Source: a virus | Taxonomy: Duplodnaviria; Caudoviricetes | Length of the DNA: 63,927 bases | Virus record (IMG/VR): IMGVR_UViG_3300048587_000084 | Location: 1 to 63,927 of that record | Reading direction: 5' to 3' (one strand) | Shown here: one piece after another, positions 51,413-61,635 of the stretch | How positions within the stretch are numbered: the first letter of the stretch is position 1 | Layout: each line of letters begins with the position of its first letter | Notes under the pieces: generated by a model | What the model was told of the DNA's origin: nothing | The model's database searches: none | Seen by the model: only the letters and a program-made list of their open reading frames with translations | Program-made: the position numbers and the translations under genes

Positions 51413-53912
51413 CTCCGACGTATGTAGCCTGGTTGCGGGTCAGCTCGTTGATCAGCGGACCACCCGCCACGCGGAACTCGCTGGCGTTGGGGTGCGGGTC
51501 GTACTGTGTCTGCTCGCGATCGCCGAGCGTATTGCGTGTCGATGCGATGTACTGCTTCTCAAACGTGAGCGGGTCCGGGCTGGTCCGGCTCCACTGGTCA
51601 ACCGCATTGGTCATCAGCCCGACCTGCGTGCGTTGATCGACCTGTATCGGCGACAGCTGGCTGGCGTTGTAGAGCATGACCGTCAGGTCTACTCGATCAA
51701 CATTGACTTCCGATGTCCACGCCGGCAGCGGTGGTAGCGGGTTGTCGTAGACCATTTGATCGGCGTTGTCGCAGACACTGGCCCATGAGCCCTGGTCGGC
51801 GTCCTCGCTGCACGGGTAGTCGCTGCGACTCTCTGACCACACCGTGCGCGCTGTCACCGGCCCGCAGCCCGCGGGGTGCTCTGATCGCGGTTGCCCGGAG
51901 CGACTGTAAACGGTGTACCCGGCGAAGTTGCGCCATGTCGGATAGCGATGCGGGTCGCCCAGGTGCACATACACCCACGTCTGACTGAACGATCGCGTTC
52001 CCCACCCGTAGTGATAGGCGTAGTAGTACGCCGATCGATCAAAGAACGGCACGCGCACCGTAGCCCCAATTCGCGGGCCTGATTCAATCAACGTGGTTCC
52101 ATGGCGTTTGAACGTCCGTCGGCGCGACATAACGCCGTGCGGCGGGTAATTGATGTCATCCGCCACGATGACGCGTGTGTAACCGATTGCGTTTGCCGTC
52201 AGCGTGTAGGTTTCGCGGTACTCGTGCGCATCAGCGCGGTCGTCGGCATCGGTCGTGAACATCGTTGGCTGCACTGTTGCCGGTGCCGTGCTGGTAGTTC
52301 GCGTCCATGACCCTTGGTACTGACACTCCTCGAAGGTGTCGTCGTCGCTTGGCGCTGCTGGCCGCGGGTCGCTGAGAAACGACACAGTCTTGAGGATGTC
52401 CCCGTGGTGCAATACGTGAACTACCGTTTCGCAGCGCGGGGCGGGTGAGATATTTGGCCCGAACTGCTGCCGCATCTTGTGGCTGATGCAGTAGCCCAAC
52501 ATCGGCTCCGGAAACTGAATCCAAGGCTGATACAGGCCTGGCCAATACAGCTTGCCTTCCTGCATCTGCCGTACCGATCCAGTCGCCTGCGCAATTGGAT
52601 CAAGCGTGATTCCGCGCAACATAGCGACAGCCGCCGCAGTTGATGACTGCGCCAGAACGCCCTGGCACTGGGTTCGCGTCATCCTGTTCGCCTTGGCGGT
52701 CAGCCAACGCTTTTCATCGCCGCCGATCTGCGCCAGATCCAAGCGGCGAATGACTCCGCGCGCTTCCGGAGCAGGCTCTACGGTGATCGTTGCCCCAACC
52801 GACAGCTGAATGGCGTACCACACGCCTCGCTGCACCCGATCGGACTCGTACCGCCATGCCGTGACGTGCGCCTCGCTGCCTCGCTGGTTGAAGCTCCAGC
52901 CCATGGCGGTGCTGTACGGGCTGTGATGGTCGTAAAGCGGTTCGAGGTCTTCCGGCGTCAGCAACTCCTGCACGTAACCGGCACGAATCGCCTGTGTGAG
53001 CGCGTCTCCAGTCGGGAATGCCTCACCAGTCGGCCATCCACCGAACGCTTCGAGCGCCGTCAGCGCCGGCGTGTCTCCGAGCGCTTCGAGCTTCTGCCGA
53101 AACCGCTCGTCTTGCTGCGTCACCTCGTTGAGCGGTAAAGGCATCGCGAGAACGCCGCTTTGCACGCTGATCTCGATCAGCCACAGTACGTCATCGGCCG
53201 CTGTCGTGATTCCGTGCGTGCGCGCGAACGACCAGTCGTAGAGCACGCGGCGGCCTGTACTTCTGACACGTTGCTCATAGGCCGGCAGGATCTGTCGACG
53301 CGCAGCGTCAACCCCATATTTTGTCAGCAACGGCGGCTCGTTGTCATAGCGGCTGCGGTCCGGCTCCTTGCCGAACCCCAGCAGCATCTGCACGACCTGG
53401 CACATCTTGCCCGAGTACAACGTCGGCACCACGCGCATGGTCTGCGCGGGCCGGATCACGCCCGTCATTTGCTTCCACCGGGCTTCGAGCGCGTCGTCCG
53501 GCTTGATGGCAAGCCGTTCATTGAGTGCCGCCCCAGATGGCAGGTCGAACACGGTAGCGCAGTACGGCGTTGGCCAGAACGACTCCATCGTCGGCGGCCT
53601 TTCTTCCTGCTCGACCAGTACCGAGCGGAGTGCCACACCAGACAGAAAGTCCGGAACGTCGGTGACTGCCCTGTATCTGCTGTCAGCGGATTCCTTTGCT
53701 GAGTAGCCCGCCGTAATGACGGCCTTGGCAATGCCTGGCCCAATGAATGCCACCACGTAGGCCTTGTCCGACAGCCGCATCTGCGTCGACGCGGTTTCAG
53801 CGCCGCTTCCGCCGAGCTTGGCGCGCAGTGCCTCAAGACACTTGCGCGCCATCTTGACGTGCCTACCCGCCTCGATTGGATCGCCCTCGAAGGCGATCGA
53901 GTCGACCGCCAT
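51399..53912 (-). CDS. large tail/virion structural protein
   Basis: 837 aa in the structural operon. Confidence 0.7.
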   Translation of the reverse strand: MAVDSIAFEGDPIEAGRHVKMARKCLEALRAKLGGSGAETASTQMRLSDKAYVVAFIGPGIAKAVITAGYSAKESADSRYRAVTDVPDFLSGVALRSVLVEQEERPPTMESFWPTPYCATVFDLPSGAALNERLAIKPDDALEARWKQMTGVIRPAQTMRVVPTLYSGKMCQVVQMLLGFGKEPDRSRYDNEPPLLTKYGVDAARRQILPAYEQRVRSTGRRVLYDWSFARTHGITTAADDVLWLIEISVQSGVLAMPLPLNEVTQQDERFRQKLEALGDTPALTALEAFGGWPTGEAFPTGDALTQAIRAGYVQELLTPEDLEPLYDHHSPYSTAMGWSFNQRGSEAHVTAWRYESDRVQRGVWYAIQLSVGATITVEPAPEARGVIRRLDLAQIGGDEKRWLTAKANRMTRTQCQGVLAQSSTAAAVAMLRGITLDPIAQATGSVRQMQEGKLYWPGLYQPWIQFPEPMLGYCISHKMRQQFGPNISPAPRCETVVHVLHHGDILKTVSFLSDPRPAAPSDDDTFEECQYQGSWTRTTSTAPATVQPTMFTTDADDRADAHEYRETYTLTANAIGYTRVIVADDINYPPHGVMSRRRTFKRHGTTLIESGPRIGATVRVPFFDRSAYYYAYHYGWGTRSFSQTWVYVHLGDPHRYPTWRNFAGYTVYSRSGQPRSEHPAGCGPVTARTVWSESRSDYPCSEDADQGSWASVCDNADQMVYDNPLPPLPAWTSEVNVDRVDLTVMLYNASQLSPIQVDQRTQVGLMTNAVDQWSRTSPDPLTFEKQYIASTRNTLGDREQTQYDPHPNASEFRVAGGPLINELTRNQATYVGVVDG

Positions 53913-53918
53913 CAGTGA

Positions 53919-54578
53919 TCAGATGTCGGCGAGCGTCAGCGTGTAGTCGGCGTCGAACAGCAGTCCATTGGGGAGGACCAGCTGCGTCGGCGTGCGCACC
54001 GCATTGACCAGGATGCCCGTCGTGCCGCCACGCGTGGCCACGGTGTTGAGCCCGAACCCGTTGACGTTGATCGACGTGGTGGCAACGATCGTGAAGCGCG
54101 CCAGCGATGCGGTGTTGCTGATCGACTTGGCTGCCGCGGTGCCATCCACCCATTCCGGCCGCGTCGCCTCCGAGTAGCCCTCGGTGGTGCTGGTGATCTC
54201 GGTGGCGTTGGCCGCGTAGTTGGCCGCCGTCCAGTTGGATGCCGGGTCAACTGCGCCGCTGCTCATGCCAAGGTAGAAGCTGGTCGGCTTCGCTGTGGCT
54301 CCAAGGTACACCGCCAGCGCAGCGGTCAGGCCTTCGTCGGTCCACAAGTTGTGTGCCGGCTCGAAGCTCATCGCGCCGTCCGGCGTGCTGAAGTGGAACC
54401 AGCCGCCCAGCTGCAGCTCTCGCTTGATCAGCACGCCCTTGTCGTTCATGGCGTAGTCGCCATTGCGCACGGCGCGCAGGATTTCGAGCCGGTGGCGCAT
54501 CACGCGGTTCTTGGCCTTGAGAATGCGAGACAGCAGCGCCCGACTGTGCCCGAAGCACAGATTCATGATTTCGCCCAT
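53919..54578 (-). CDS. virion structural protein
   Basis: GGAG-N8-ATG; HNLWTDEGL, GYSEATRP motifs. Confidence 0.7.
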   Translation of the reverse strand: MGEIMNLCFGHSRALLSRILKAKNRVMRHRLEILRAVRNGDYAMNDKGVLIKRELQLGGWFHFSTPDGAMSFEPAHNLWTDEGLTAALAVYLGATAKPTSFYLGMSSGAVDPASNWTAANYAANATEITSTTEGYSEATRPEWVDGTAAAKSISNTASLARFTIVATTSINVNGFGLNTVATRGGTTGILVNAVRTPTQLVLPNGLLFDADYTLTLADI

Positions 54579-54589
54579 TGGTGGTGCTC

Positions 54590-55762
54590 CTACGTTTCGA
54601 GAAACGCCGTGATCCGGCGGTCGTGAACAACCAGAGATCCGCGTTGCGCGGCCCCGGAACTGAATGTCTTTGCGCGCGGCTCGATGACCTGTCCGCTGGA
54701 AGTGCCAAACGCAAACCCGCGGCGACCGAACCAGCACGCTGCGCGTGTCTGCCCGAGGCCCAGCTCAGCATCAAACAGCGTCGGCTCGACGACTGCGCTG
54801 CAGCCCGGTATCGGCGGAGCGGCCGCTGTCGCCGCCGGGTTCCACGCTGCCGGGTCCGTGCCCGCGAGGAATCTGACGCCCATTGCCGTTGCTACCCACA
54901 CGCCACCCTCGACCGGCTCGACCATCGTCAGCCACGCCGGCATGCGCACAAAAGCGCGCGTCGGCGAGCACAAATGCGTGCGGTACGGCTCGGTGTACCA
55001 AAGCGTGTCGCCGCGGGCGATCAGCAGCCGGCCCATCCACCAACGGACAATGTGCCCGCCTGGCGTGCGGCGCAGGTGCTGCGTCGATGGCGTGGTGCTC
55101 ACGTCTCCGGATCCGATGAGGTACGTGGTCATTCCCGTGGGCACAGTCGCGCACCGGTGCAGCACGTCACCGTTTGCATCCGTTCGGTAGATCCACGCGC
55201 TTGCCGCATCCGCAGGCCATGCCAGCGTCAACGTCAGCCCGCCACCTTCGGCGATTCGTACATACCCGAGCCCGGACAGCGATCCTTCCTCGCCACTGGC
55301 GCCGATATAGCTCAGGCCCACGGCGTAGGTGCCGGCGCGCAGGCCTCCGGATGCGGATGCCGCAACAGCCACCATTGACCCATCGTGCACGCCTACCTGG
55401 CGCGCGCCGGTGCTCGTGATCTGCCCCGTCATGCTGGACTGCGTGAAGTACACGCGGTCAGGCCCTGCCGCAAAGCTCACCGGGCCCGTGCTCGGCAGCG
55501 TCAGCAACGTGGTACGCGTGTAGTCGCTTGCGATGCGCACCAGCGAGGCGCCCACCGCTCCATAGAGCGTCGAGCCATCCGACCATAGCGAGTGCACACC
55601 TGCTACCGCGGACGCCAGCGCCTGGCCGGCGCGCGTCTGCAGCCAGCCATCGCGGTTGATGTCTAAATCGATGCACGTGCGCAGCGCTGACGGGCGCAAA
55701 GCCACGTCGCGACTGATCGTGTCGATGCCGTCAGTGAACGGCCCGATGCGCAGGTCAGTCAT
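54590..55762 (-). CDS. tail stabilisation/nozzle-like protein
   Basis: GIDT...LDINRDGWLQTRAG, beta-propeller-like pattern. Confidence 0.65.
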   Translation of the reverse strand: MTDLRIGPFTDGIDTISRDVALRPSALRTCIDLDINRDGWLQTRAGQALASAVAGVHSLWSDGSTLYGAVGASLVRIASDYTRTTLLTLPSTGPVSFAAGPDRVYFTQSSMTGQITSTGARQVGVHDGSMVAVAASASGGLRAGTYAVGLSYIGASGEEGSLSGLGYVRIAEGGGLTLTLAWPADAASAWIYRTDANGDVLHRCATVPTGMTTYLIGSGDVSTTPSTQHLRRTPGGHIVRWWMGRLLIARGDTLWYTEPYRTHLCSPTRAFVRMPAWLTMVEPVEGGVWVATAMGVRFLAGTDPAAWNPAATAAAPPIPGCSAVVEPTLFDAELGLGQTRAACWFGRRGFAFGTSSGQVIEPRAKTFSSGAAQRGSLVVHDRRITAFLET

Positions 55763-58721
55763 GGGCTACCTCGTGAGATCCGATTCCACCCGCGTCGAAC
55801 GCGGCCAGTGCCATCGCCAATGCGTATTGGCTGTTGCAGATGCGGTTGCCGCCGTCATGCGCAGCGGTAGCAAGTCCGAACTCCGCCGCATCGCGCCCGG
55901 TCGGTTCGACTGGCAGCGTGATCGCAATATCGCCCGTGAGCAGCGCATCGAGCCCGCTCCCGCCCACGACGAACGACAGTAGCGTCGAGCCCATGCCGCC
56001 CATGGCCTCGCCGTAGGGCTGAACGTCGTCACCTGCCTGCCACTTGCTCGGCGTGCCGATCGTGCCGGCGCTCACGCCGGACGGATCGATGCGACTTACG
56101 CCGCGAACCTGCGCGCCTTCGGGCACCTGGAACTGCGGCCGCTCGATTCCATTGACGCCCCACACCCGATCGATATGCGTGACCGTTGCCGTTCCGCTGG
56201 CCGTGTGGACAGATCCCACCGGGCTGAGGAACGTGCGCGAGCGCACTCGCATTCGATCGCCCGACCAGCCGGGGAACGGCGTCATGTCAAGCATGTCGGT
56301 TCCGCCGAACCCATCGAACGTGCGGTGCAGGTACTGCACCAGCATCTCGCCCCATTGCGTCGAGTAGATCGCGGTCATTGGGAACGGGTCGTATTGGTAC
56401 GATGCCCACTGCGTTCCAATGCGTGTTGCAACCAATCCGGACAGATCCAGCTGCCGATGCTGGTTCTGCACCTCCTGATTGCCAAACGCTCCCGCCATCC
56501 CCTGAACGATCAGCGTCTGGTCGCCGGTGTACGGTGGTGGCGCAACGATCGTGTCGCCGAACAGCGTGGCATCCAGTCCATTGCCATCGCAGTCCACATC
56601 GGTCTTGCTGTTGACGATTGGAAAGCCTGATCGAAACGCCCGCCAACCAAGCAGCGGCAGCGTGCGCTGCTGGTTGGTCACAGCCGTATCAAAGCCGTAC
56701 AGGCTCATGAGCGTCCCAACGCCGGTCATGGCGCGGTGCTCGTGCGTGACCAGTGTGGACCCAAACCGTGGCCGAGTCGGATCGAACCCAAAGATCCGCG
56801 TGTCTATCAGCTCGCCCTGCCCGCGGCCTATTCCGAGCGGGCCGAATATCCAATGCGGGGTAAGGCGAATGTCGCCAATCCTGCCGAAGTCGTGCTCGTC
56901 ACTTGTTGTTACAAACTGCGTGCCAGGCATTGTCGGAATGCCGACGGGCCCACCCTCGCCGTAGCCCGGAGATGGAATGCCGATTGGCCAAATACCATTG
57001 GCCACCACATTCGCGGTGCCAAACTCAGCCGAAGCTATGCCGTATGGGTACACGTAGTTGGTGCGGACGCTGACACCACCAACGGCCGTTGTTGTTCCGA
57101 CTGACGCTGCCTCAAGGAATTGCGTGACTGGCGGATCCGGCAACTCGTTGCGAATCCAATGCGTCTCCGGCACAAACCCGCCAGCCCCGGCAAACGACGT
57201 GCGCACCGTCTGGCGACTGTCGCGCACCATCGCCAGCGCGAACAGGCTGTGCGTTTCTCCGGCCAGCGTCAGGTACTCAGGATCACGGGACACGCGCGGC
57301 AACCCACGCGGGCCGGCGTCGAGCCCACCTATGCGCAGCTCGCGGTCCTCATTGACCAGCGATGCGGTGCCATAACTCGTGTGCGGCAGAACGCGGTCAG
57401 GGATAATCCTGTTTTGCCGATGTTCCAGGTACAGCGTGCCGGTCGTTGGCGTCCAGTAGCCATCTGGCGCAATGAAGCGCTCCCAGTTCTGCGCCAGCGG
57501 CGCCGGCCACAGCGGTTGCGGCGGCCCCTCGATGATGGCGACTGACCTCACCGCCCGCGACACCCAGGGATCGCCGGTTGCGCCAGCGTCCGGGAATATC
57601 TGCTGCACAAACCGCAGCTCATTGAACACGATCGGCTGCGTCATGGTGAGCGTCGACAGCCCAACTGGCCGCAGCAGGCGCCCATTATTCAGCGCGTGGT
57701 GCCACGTGGAACTGTAGAAGCTCTCGAACGGCTCAGCCGCCAGCGTGCGCTCCCAGTAGGTGGCGGTAGTACCCGCACCAACGGCACCCGCGGCGAGTCC
57801 TGCCGGGTTGATCACATGGCCACTGCGCGTCACGTCGACGCGGTCTGCAGCGACACCTGCGACGAGGCCCTCGGACCACACCGTCATCATGCGCATGTAC
57901 GGCGTGCCGATGCCTCGATCTTCCGCCGTGACACCGTATGAGTGCAGCAGCGTGCGCAGCAGCGGCACCATTTCAGCCGTGCCGAACAGCGTTTGCGCGT
58001 ATCCCAGCGGCTTCAGTTCGCGCAGCGACGAGATCACCTCGTGCGTGCCGACAGCGCCTGCAGCGACCGCATAACCGTAGACGCGCTGCAGGTTGCTTGC
58101 GACCGTTGCAGTGCCCCACTGCCCAGCCAAGCCGTCCAGCGGCCCAATCGTCAGGTACTCTCCAACGAATGCACGCCCGAACGATGTCGCGTAGAACCAT
58201 GGCGGCCGCACATCACGCGGAGACTCGCCAATGGATGGCGTTCCTATGCTTCCGGCGATCAGTGCCTCCGGCCGTGCATGCTGCAGCCAATGCGTGACGT
58301 CAGGTTCATCCAGCATCGGTGCGAGCAGCGCGGCCGGCGACAACCAGCGCAGGTCGTTGCGGATCTCTACACTGCCTAGCGCACCTGCGTAGAAGCCAGT
58401 CGGCCAAAGCGCTTCAAGGTCGTTTTGAAGTGCTGCGGTGCCGAACGCGCTGTGCGTGGCCCCTGATGGGCTGACGCGGTCTGCATCAAGACGCGCTGTC
58501 GTTGTACCAATCGCGCCGGCCGAAACGCCTGCAGGCGACAGCGTTTCGAGCACGTTGACAACACTGGCTGCTCCGAACGCAAGGCTCAGCCAGCCAATCC
58601 CGACGATTGTGCCGTCAGGTATCTGCAGATCGCCGCCAACGTCTGTGAATGCGGGCGGGGTGTAGCCGTTTGTGATCGATCCACCCGCATCCGTAAATGC
58701 GGGCGGGTTGTAGGTGCTCAT
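55755..58721 (-). CDS. repeat-rich tail/virion protein
   Basis: 988 aa, duplicated Y(N/T)PPAFTD(A/V)GG N-terminus, recurring P-x-G...FG...V units. Confidence 0.7.
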   Translation of the reverse strand: MSTYNPPAFTDAGGSITNGYTPPAFTDVGGDLQIPDGTIVGIGWLSLAFGAASVVNVLETLSPAGVSAGAIGTTTARLDADRVSPSGATHSAFGTAALQNDLEALWPTGFYAGALGSVEIRNDLRWLSPAALLAPMLDEPDVTHWLQHARPEALIAGSIGTPSIGESPRDVRPPWFYATSFGRAFVGEYLTIGPLDGLAGQWGTATVASNLQRVYGYAVAAGAVGTHEVISSLRELKPLGYAQTLFGTAEMVPLLRTLLHSYGVTAEDRGIGTPYMRMMTVWSEGLVAGVAADRVDVTRSGHVINPAGLAAGAVGAGTTATYWERTLAAEPFESFYSSTWHHALNNGRLLRPVGLSTLTMTQPIVFNELRFVQQIFPDAGATGDPWVSRAVRSVAIIEGPPQPLWPAPLAQNWERFIAPDGYWTPTTGTLYLEHRQNRIIPDRVLPHTSYGTASLVNEDRELRIGGLDAGPRGLPRVSRDPEYLTLAGETHSLFALAMVRDSRQTVRTSFAGAGGFVPETHWIRNELPDPPVTQFLEAASVGTTTAVGGVSVRTNYVYPYGIASAEFGTANVVANGIWPIGIPSPGYGEGGPVGIPTMPGTQFVTTSDEHDFGRIGDIRLTPHWIFGPLGIGRGQGELIDTRIFGFDPTRPRFGSTLVTHEHRAMTGVGTLMSLYGFDTAVTNQQRTLPLLGWRAFRSGFPIVNSKTDVDCDGNGLDATLFGDTIVAPPPYTGDQTLIVQGMAGAFGNQEVQNQHRQLDLSGLVATRIGTQWASYQYDPFPMTAIYSTQWGEMLVQYLHRTFDGFGGTDMLDMTPFPGWSGDRMRVRSRTFLSPVGSVHTASGTATVTHIDRVWGVNGIERPQFQVPEGAQVRGVSRIDPSGVSAGTIGTPSKWQAGDDVQPYGEAMGGMGSTLLSFVVGGSGLDALLTGDIAITLPVEPTGRDAAEFGLATAAHDGGNRICNSQYALAMALAAFDAGGIGSHEVAHD

Positions 58722-59077
58722 CCCGGCTGCATGCCAGGCACAATCACGTCACGCTCGCCGCTGGAGACCACGCCGCGGATGACCACATCGTAGCCCTCTG
58801 TGCGCGCTGCAAGGCCTGTGAAAGCATAGGTGCCGTCGCTGGCTGACGTCGTCGTAGCGACGAACACGCGCGATTCGCGGTCAAACAGGTCGACGACGCG
58901 TGCAGCTGGCGCTCCGCCGACACGCACCAATCCGTCTGGTGCGTCGCCGCCGATGCGCAGTGCACCTGTGGATATTGTTGCTCGCACCGTGTCATGGACG
59001 CGCAAACGGAACGCTAGGCGTAGTCCGTCGACCGGCACCAATGGCGTATTTAGCAGTGTATCGATGATGAGCGGCAC
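58718..59077 (-). CDS. virion protein with carboxypeptidase-regulatory-like Ig domain
   Basis: PAARVVDLFDRES...TTSASDGTYAFTGL. Confidence 0.7.
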   Translation of the reverse strand: MPLIIDTLLNTPLVPVDGLRLAFRLRVHDTVRATISTGALRIGGDAPDGLVRVGGAPAARVVDLFDRESRVFVATTTSASDGTYAFTGLAARTEGYDVVIRGVVSSGERDVIVPGMQPG

Positions 59078-59080
59078 AGC

Positions 59081-59998
59081 CTACGCTTCCCAGATCAGCC
59101 CAAAAAAATCGAAGTAGCTGAATGCACGACCGACGCTTATGTACTCATACTCAGTAACGCCGGTAACGGTGGCGTCGAAGATAGTGCCACGCACAATGTT
59201 GTCCGCGGGCACTAAGGACACTACGTTGAGAAGTGGCAGGATTAGCGGCGTTGGGACGTAGTGTCGGAAGATTTGGAAATCCCCCGGAGAGCCCGCAACC
59301 ACCGTGCCTGTTGCGACCAGATTGTAAGGAATTGCGGCGGCATACGAGTTAGGCGCCCCTCCGAATGACTGTATGCTCCCGCCTGCGGCTTGCGTGAACC
59401 CAGTTGCGAACATATAGCAGACCGCCCAGCAACAGTAGTTGGCGCCACCTTGCGGTCCCCTGTAGAACACAAATCCAGTACCTGTACTACTCCCGGCGGT
59501 ATCCTTCGTGCGCTCAATAACGAATGAGGCGCTCGCATATTGAGTGTTGCGGCTCTCGCACTTGAACGCCGCCCACACGCAGCCGTTCGCCATGCCGGCG
59601 TAAGAGACTCTTGGCGTTGTTGGCGAGGTGATGTTTTGTGAGTTTGTCTGCCCATTCTCGCGCGCAATGCAGATGCCAGTAATGGTGCCAGAACCATTAC
59701 TTCCAGTGCCTATCGTATACCAAACTCCGGGGCACGTAGCTCCGCCACTCCCCGTCCCGTACTCGATTTTGACGAAGATTGGAGCTGTCGCGTGTAGCGA
59801 GTCATCCAGGTAACGTATTTCGTAGCCTGCAGCTGTGTTTGAGGCTGGCCTCGTCACCGTCGCCCAATTTATTTGCCCACTATCCCCGGACTTGGTGAAC
59901 CCGATGTCGTCGAGCATGTTGGACAGCTCAGACCCCCACGCCCGGAACGTAGCGTCGTCGGTATGCGCAATTACCGCTGTGTTTGTCGCTCTGGCCAT
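59081..59998 (-). CDS. putative tail fibre/receptor-binding domain protein
   Basis: 305 aa, Gly/Thr/aromatic-rich, visibly more A/T-ending codons than its neighbours. Confidence 0.6.
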   Translation of the reverse strand: MARATNTAVIAHTDDATFRAWGSELSNMLDDIGFTKSGDSGQINWATVTRPASNTAAGYEIRYLDDSLHATAPIFVKIEYGTGSGGATCPGVWYTIGTGSNGSGTITGICIARENGQTNSQNITSPTTPRVSYAGMANGCVWAAFKCESRNTQYASASFVIERTKDTAGSSTGTGFVFYRGPQGGANYCCWAVCYMFATGFTQAAGGSIQSFGGAPNSYAAAIPYNLVATGTVVAGSPGDFQIFRHYVPTPLILPLLNVVSLVPADNIVRGTIFDATVTGVTEYEYISVGRAFSYFDFFGLIWEA

Positions 59999-60471
59999 TA
60001 CTGCACCATCTCCCGAAACTCCCTGATCACCCCATCCGCCCGCGTGGCCGCATCACCCACCAGCAGATCAGTCGGCGCCTGCGCCCCACACCGCTGCAGC
60101 AGCCACGCTGCCGCGTGCTCCACTGCATCCTGCGGAAGCTGTGCCATGCCGCTGCGCTGCCACGCGAACGCTTGGAACGTGGGCGTCTGCACCAGCTTGT
60201 GGATCATCTGCATGCGCTGTGCGTGCTCCGGCCGTACCGGCGAGTTGTGGCCGAGCTGCAGCGATTCCGCGCCATCTGTCGAGATCGTCTGCGCTGGCGC
60301 TGTCGGCTGCTCCGCGCGCGGCTGTTCGCGCTCGAACATCAGCACCATTCCAGCGCCGATCGCATGCTCCGCAGCGGCCAGCGCCTGCTCGCGCGTTAGC
60401 GCCACGTCCATGACCCACGTGCCATCTGCCAGTTCGCGCAGCGCACCGCGCGCGCCGCTGATCTCACGCAT
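59998..60471 (-). CDS. hypothetical protein
   Basis: 157 aa, coupled. Confidence 0.6.
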   Translation of the reverse strand: MREISGARGALRELADGTWVMDVALTREQALAAAEHAIGAGMVLMFEREQPRAEQPTAPAQTISTDGAESLQLGHNSPVRPEHAQRMQMIHKLVQTPTFQAFAWQRSGMAQLPQDAVEHAAAWLLQRCGAQAPTDLLVGDAATRADGVIREFREMVQ

Positions 60472-60640
60472 AGCGGATGCCGGCCTCCGCGTTGACGTCG
60501 GCCGGCCCCGCCGTGACTAGCCCGTCGCAGGCTTTCGACAGCGCCTGCTCGGTGTCCGTGCTCAACGGCGAGTCAAATCCGAAGCGCGTCGCCACAAAGC
60601 CCTGCGGCTTGATGACCTGCAGCAAGTGATCGTTGTTCAT
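60464..60640 (-). CDS. hypothetical protein
   Basis: MNNDHLLQ..., AAGGGG RBS. Confidence 0.5.
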   Translation of the reverse strand: MNNDHLLQVIKPQGFVATRFGFDSPLSTDTEQALSKACDGLVTAGPADVNAEAGIRYA

Positions 60641-60650
60641 TGAGCGCCCC

Positions 60651-61079
60651 TTACAGCTTGAAAATACGATTCGGCCCGTTATCCCAGGACACGATGATGT
60701 CGCCCGAGTTGCCCGTGATGGGCAGCCCATTGGCCACGTCGATCCACAGGATCAGCGGGCTTGTCGCCTCCGACCCTGAGTCGGCATAGCCGATGATTGC
60801 CTCGATCGTTACACCCGTCGCCACTGACACGAACCGGATGTCATCACCATCTGCAGCGCCGCCGGTCGTGGTCTTGTTCGCCAGCGTGATCGGCCCCGAG
60901 ATCCGCGGCGGTGTCGGCGGCGTGCTCGACGTGATGTCGATGAACTCGTGCGTCGAGAAATTGGGCGTGTACGCACTCGTGTCGATCAGATAGAACCTGA
61001 TCGTCGCCGTGAGCCACGCGACCGACGAGACGCACTCCAGGTAGCGCTTGCGCCCCAAGTCAAACAACGTATTTGCCAT
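60651..61079 (-). CDS. conserved tail protein
   Basis: MANTLFDLGR...GLPITGNSGDIIVSWDNGPNRIFKL; GGAG RBS. Confidence 0.78.
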   Translation of the reverse strand: MANTLFDLGRKRYLECVSSVAWLTATIRFYLIDTSAYTPNFSTHEFIDITSSTPPTPPRISGPITLANKTTTGGAADGDDIRFVSVATGVTIEAIIGYADSGSEATSPLILWIDVANGLPITGNSGDIIVSWDNGPNRIFKL

Positions 61080-61099
61080 TTTTGCGGCTCCATAACGAC

Positions 61100-61123
61100 G
61101 AAACCCGCCAGTTGGCGGGTTTC
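61100..61123 (-). terminator. terminator hairpin after the tail fibre module
   Basis: GAAACCCGCCA-GT-TGGCGGGTTTC. Confidence 0.65.
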
Positions 61124-61218
61124 AGGTGGTGAATTTATGTGTGTTTTATCAGTCGGAACTGGAAGGGTTGGGTCACGTCACCACCGCACCAGCCGCCACG
61201 AACAGCGCGTCGACCTGC

Positions 61219-61623
61219 TCAGTACGCGAGCAATGCACTTGCCTGCTCCTGCGTCAGCAGCCCCGCGCCAACCAGTGCTTGCACGCCCGCAATCGTCTCG
61301 TCAGAGCCCAGCCACACCAGCGGCTCGGCGTCGAGTCGCGCGAGGTAGGCTTGAAGCTCGGGCACTACTTCCGCTGCCGCGAGGATCGCCAGATAACTCT
61401 GCGCCGGAATGCGCCGGATGAACGCCGCCGTCGAGATTGCGTCGCTGCGCGTCGTGTCGCGCAACTGCTCGGCATACTGCTCGATTGCCAGTTGCACGAA
61501 ACCCTCGACACTGCCGCCCGTGCCAGCAGTCGTCGGCGGGACAGTGGTCGGAATCGTCGCCGCGTAGGCCGCATGCACTGCGGCGAGGTGGCGCGGGTGC
61601 GTGAGAGTGGCTGTGATGGTCAT
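61219..61623 (-). CDS. putative tail fibre assembly chaperone
   Basis: ISTAAFIRR...ALVGAGLLTQEQASALL; follows the fibre gene. Confidence 0.65.
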   Translation of the reverse strand: MTITATLTHPRHLAAVHAAYAATIPTTVPPTTAGTGGSVEGFVQLAIEQYAEQLRDTTRSDAISTAAFIRRIPAQSYLAILAAAEVVPELQAYLARLDAEPLVWLGSDETIAGVQALVGAGLLTQEQASALLAY

Positions 61624-61635
61624 GTTAGTTTGTCC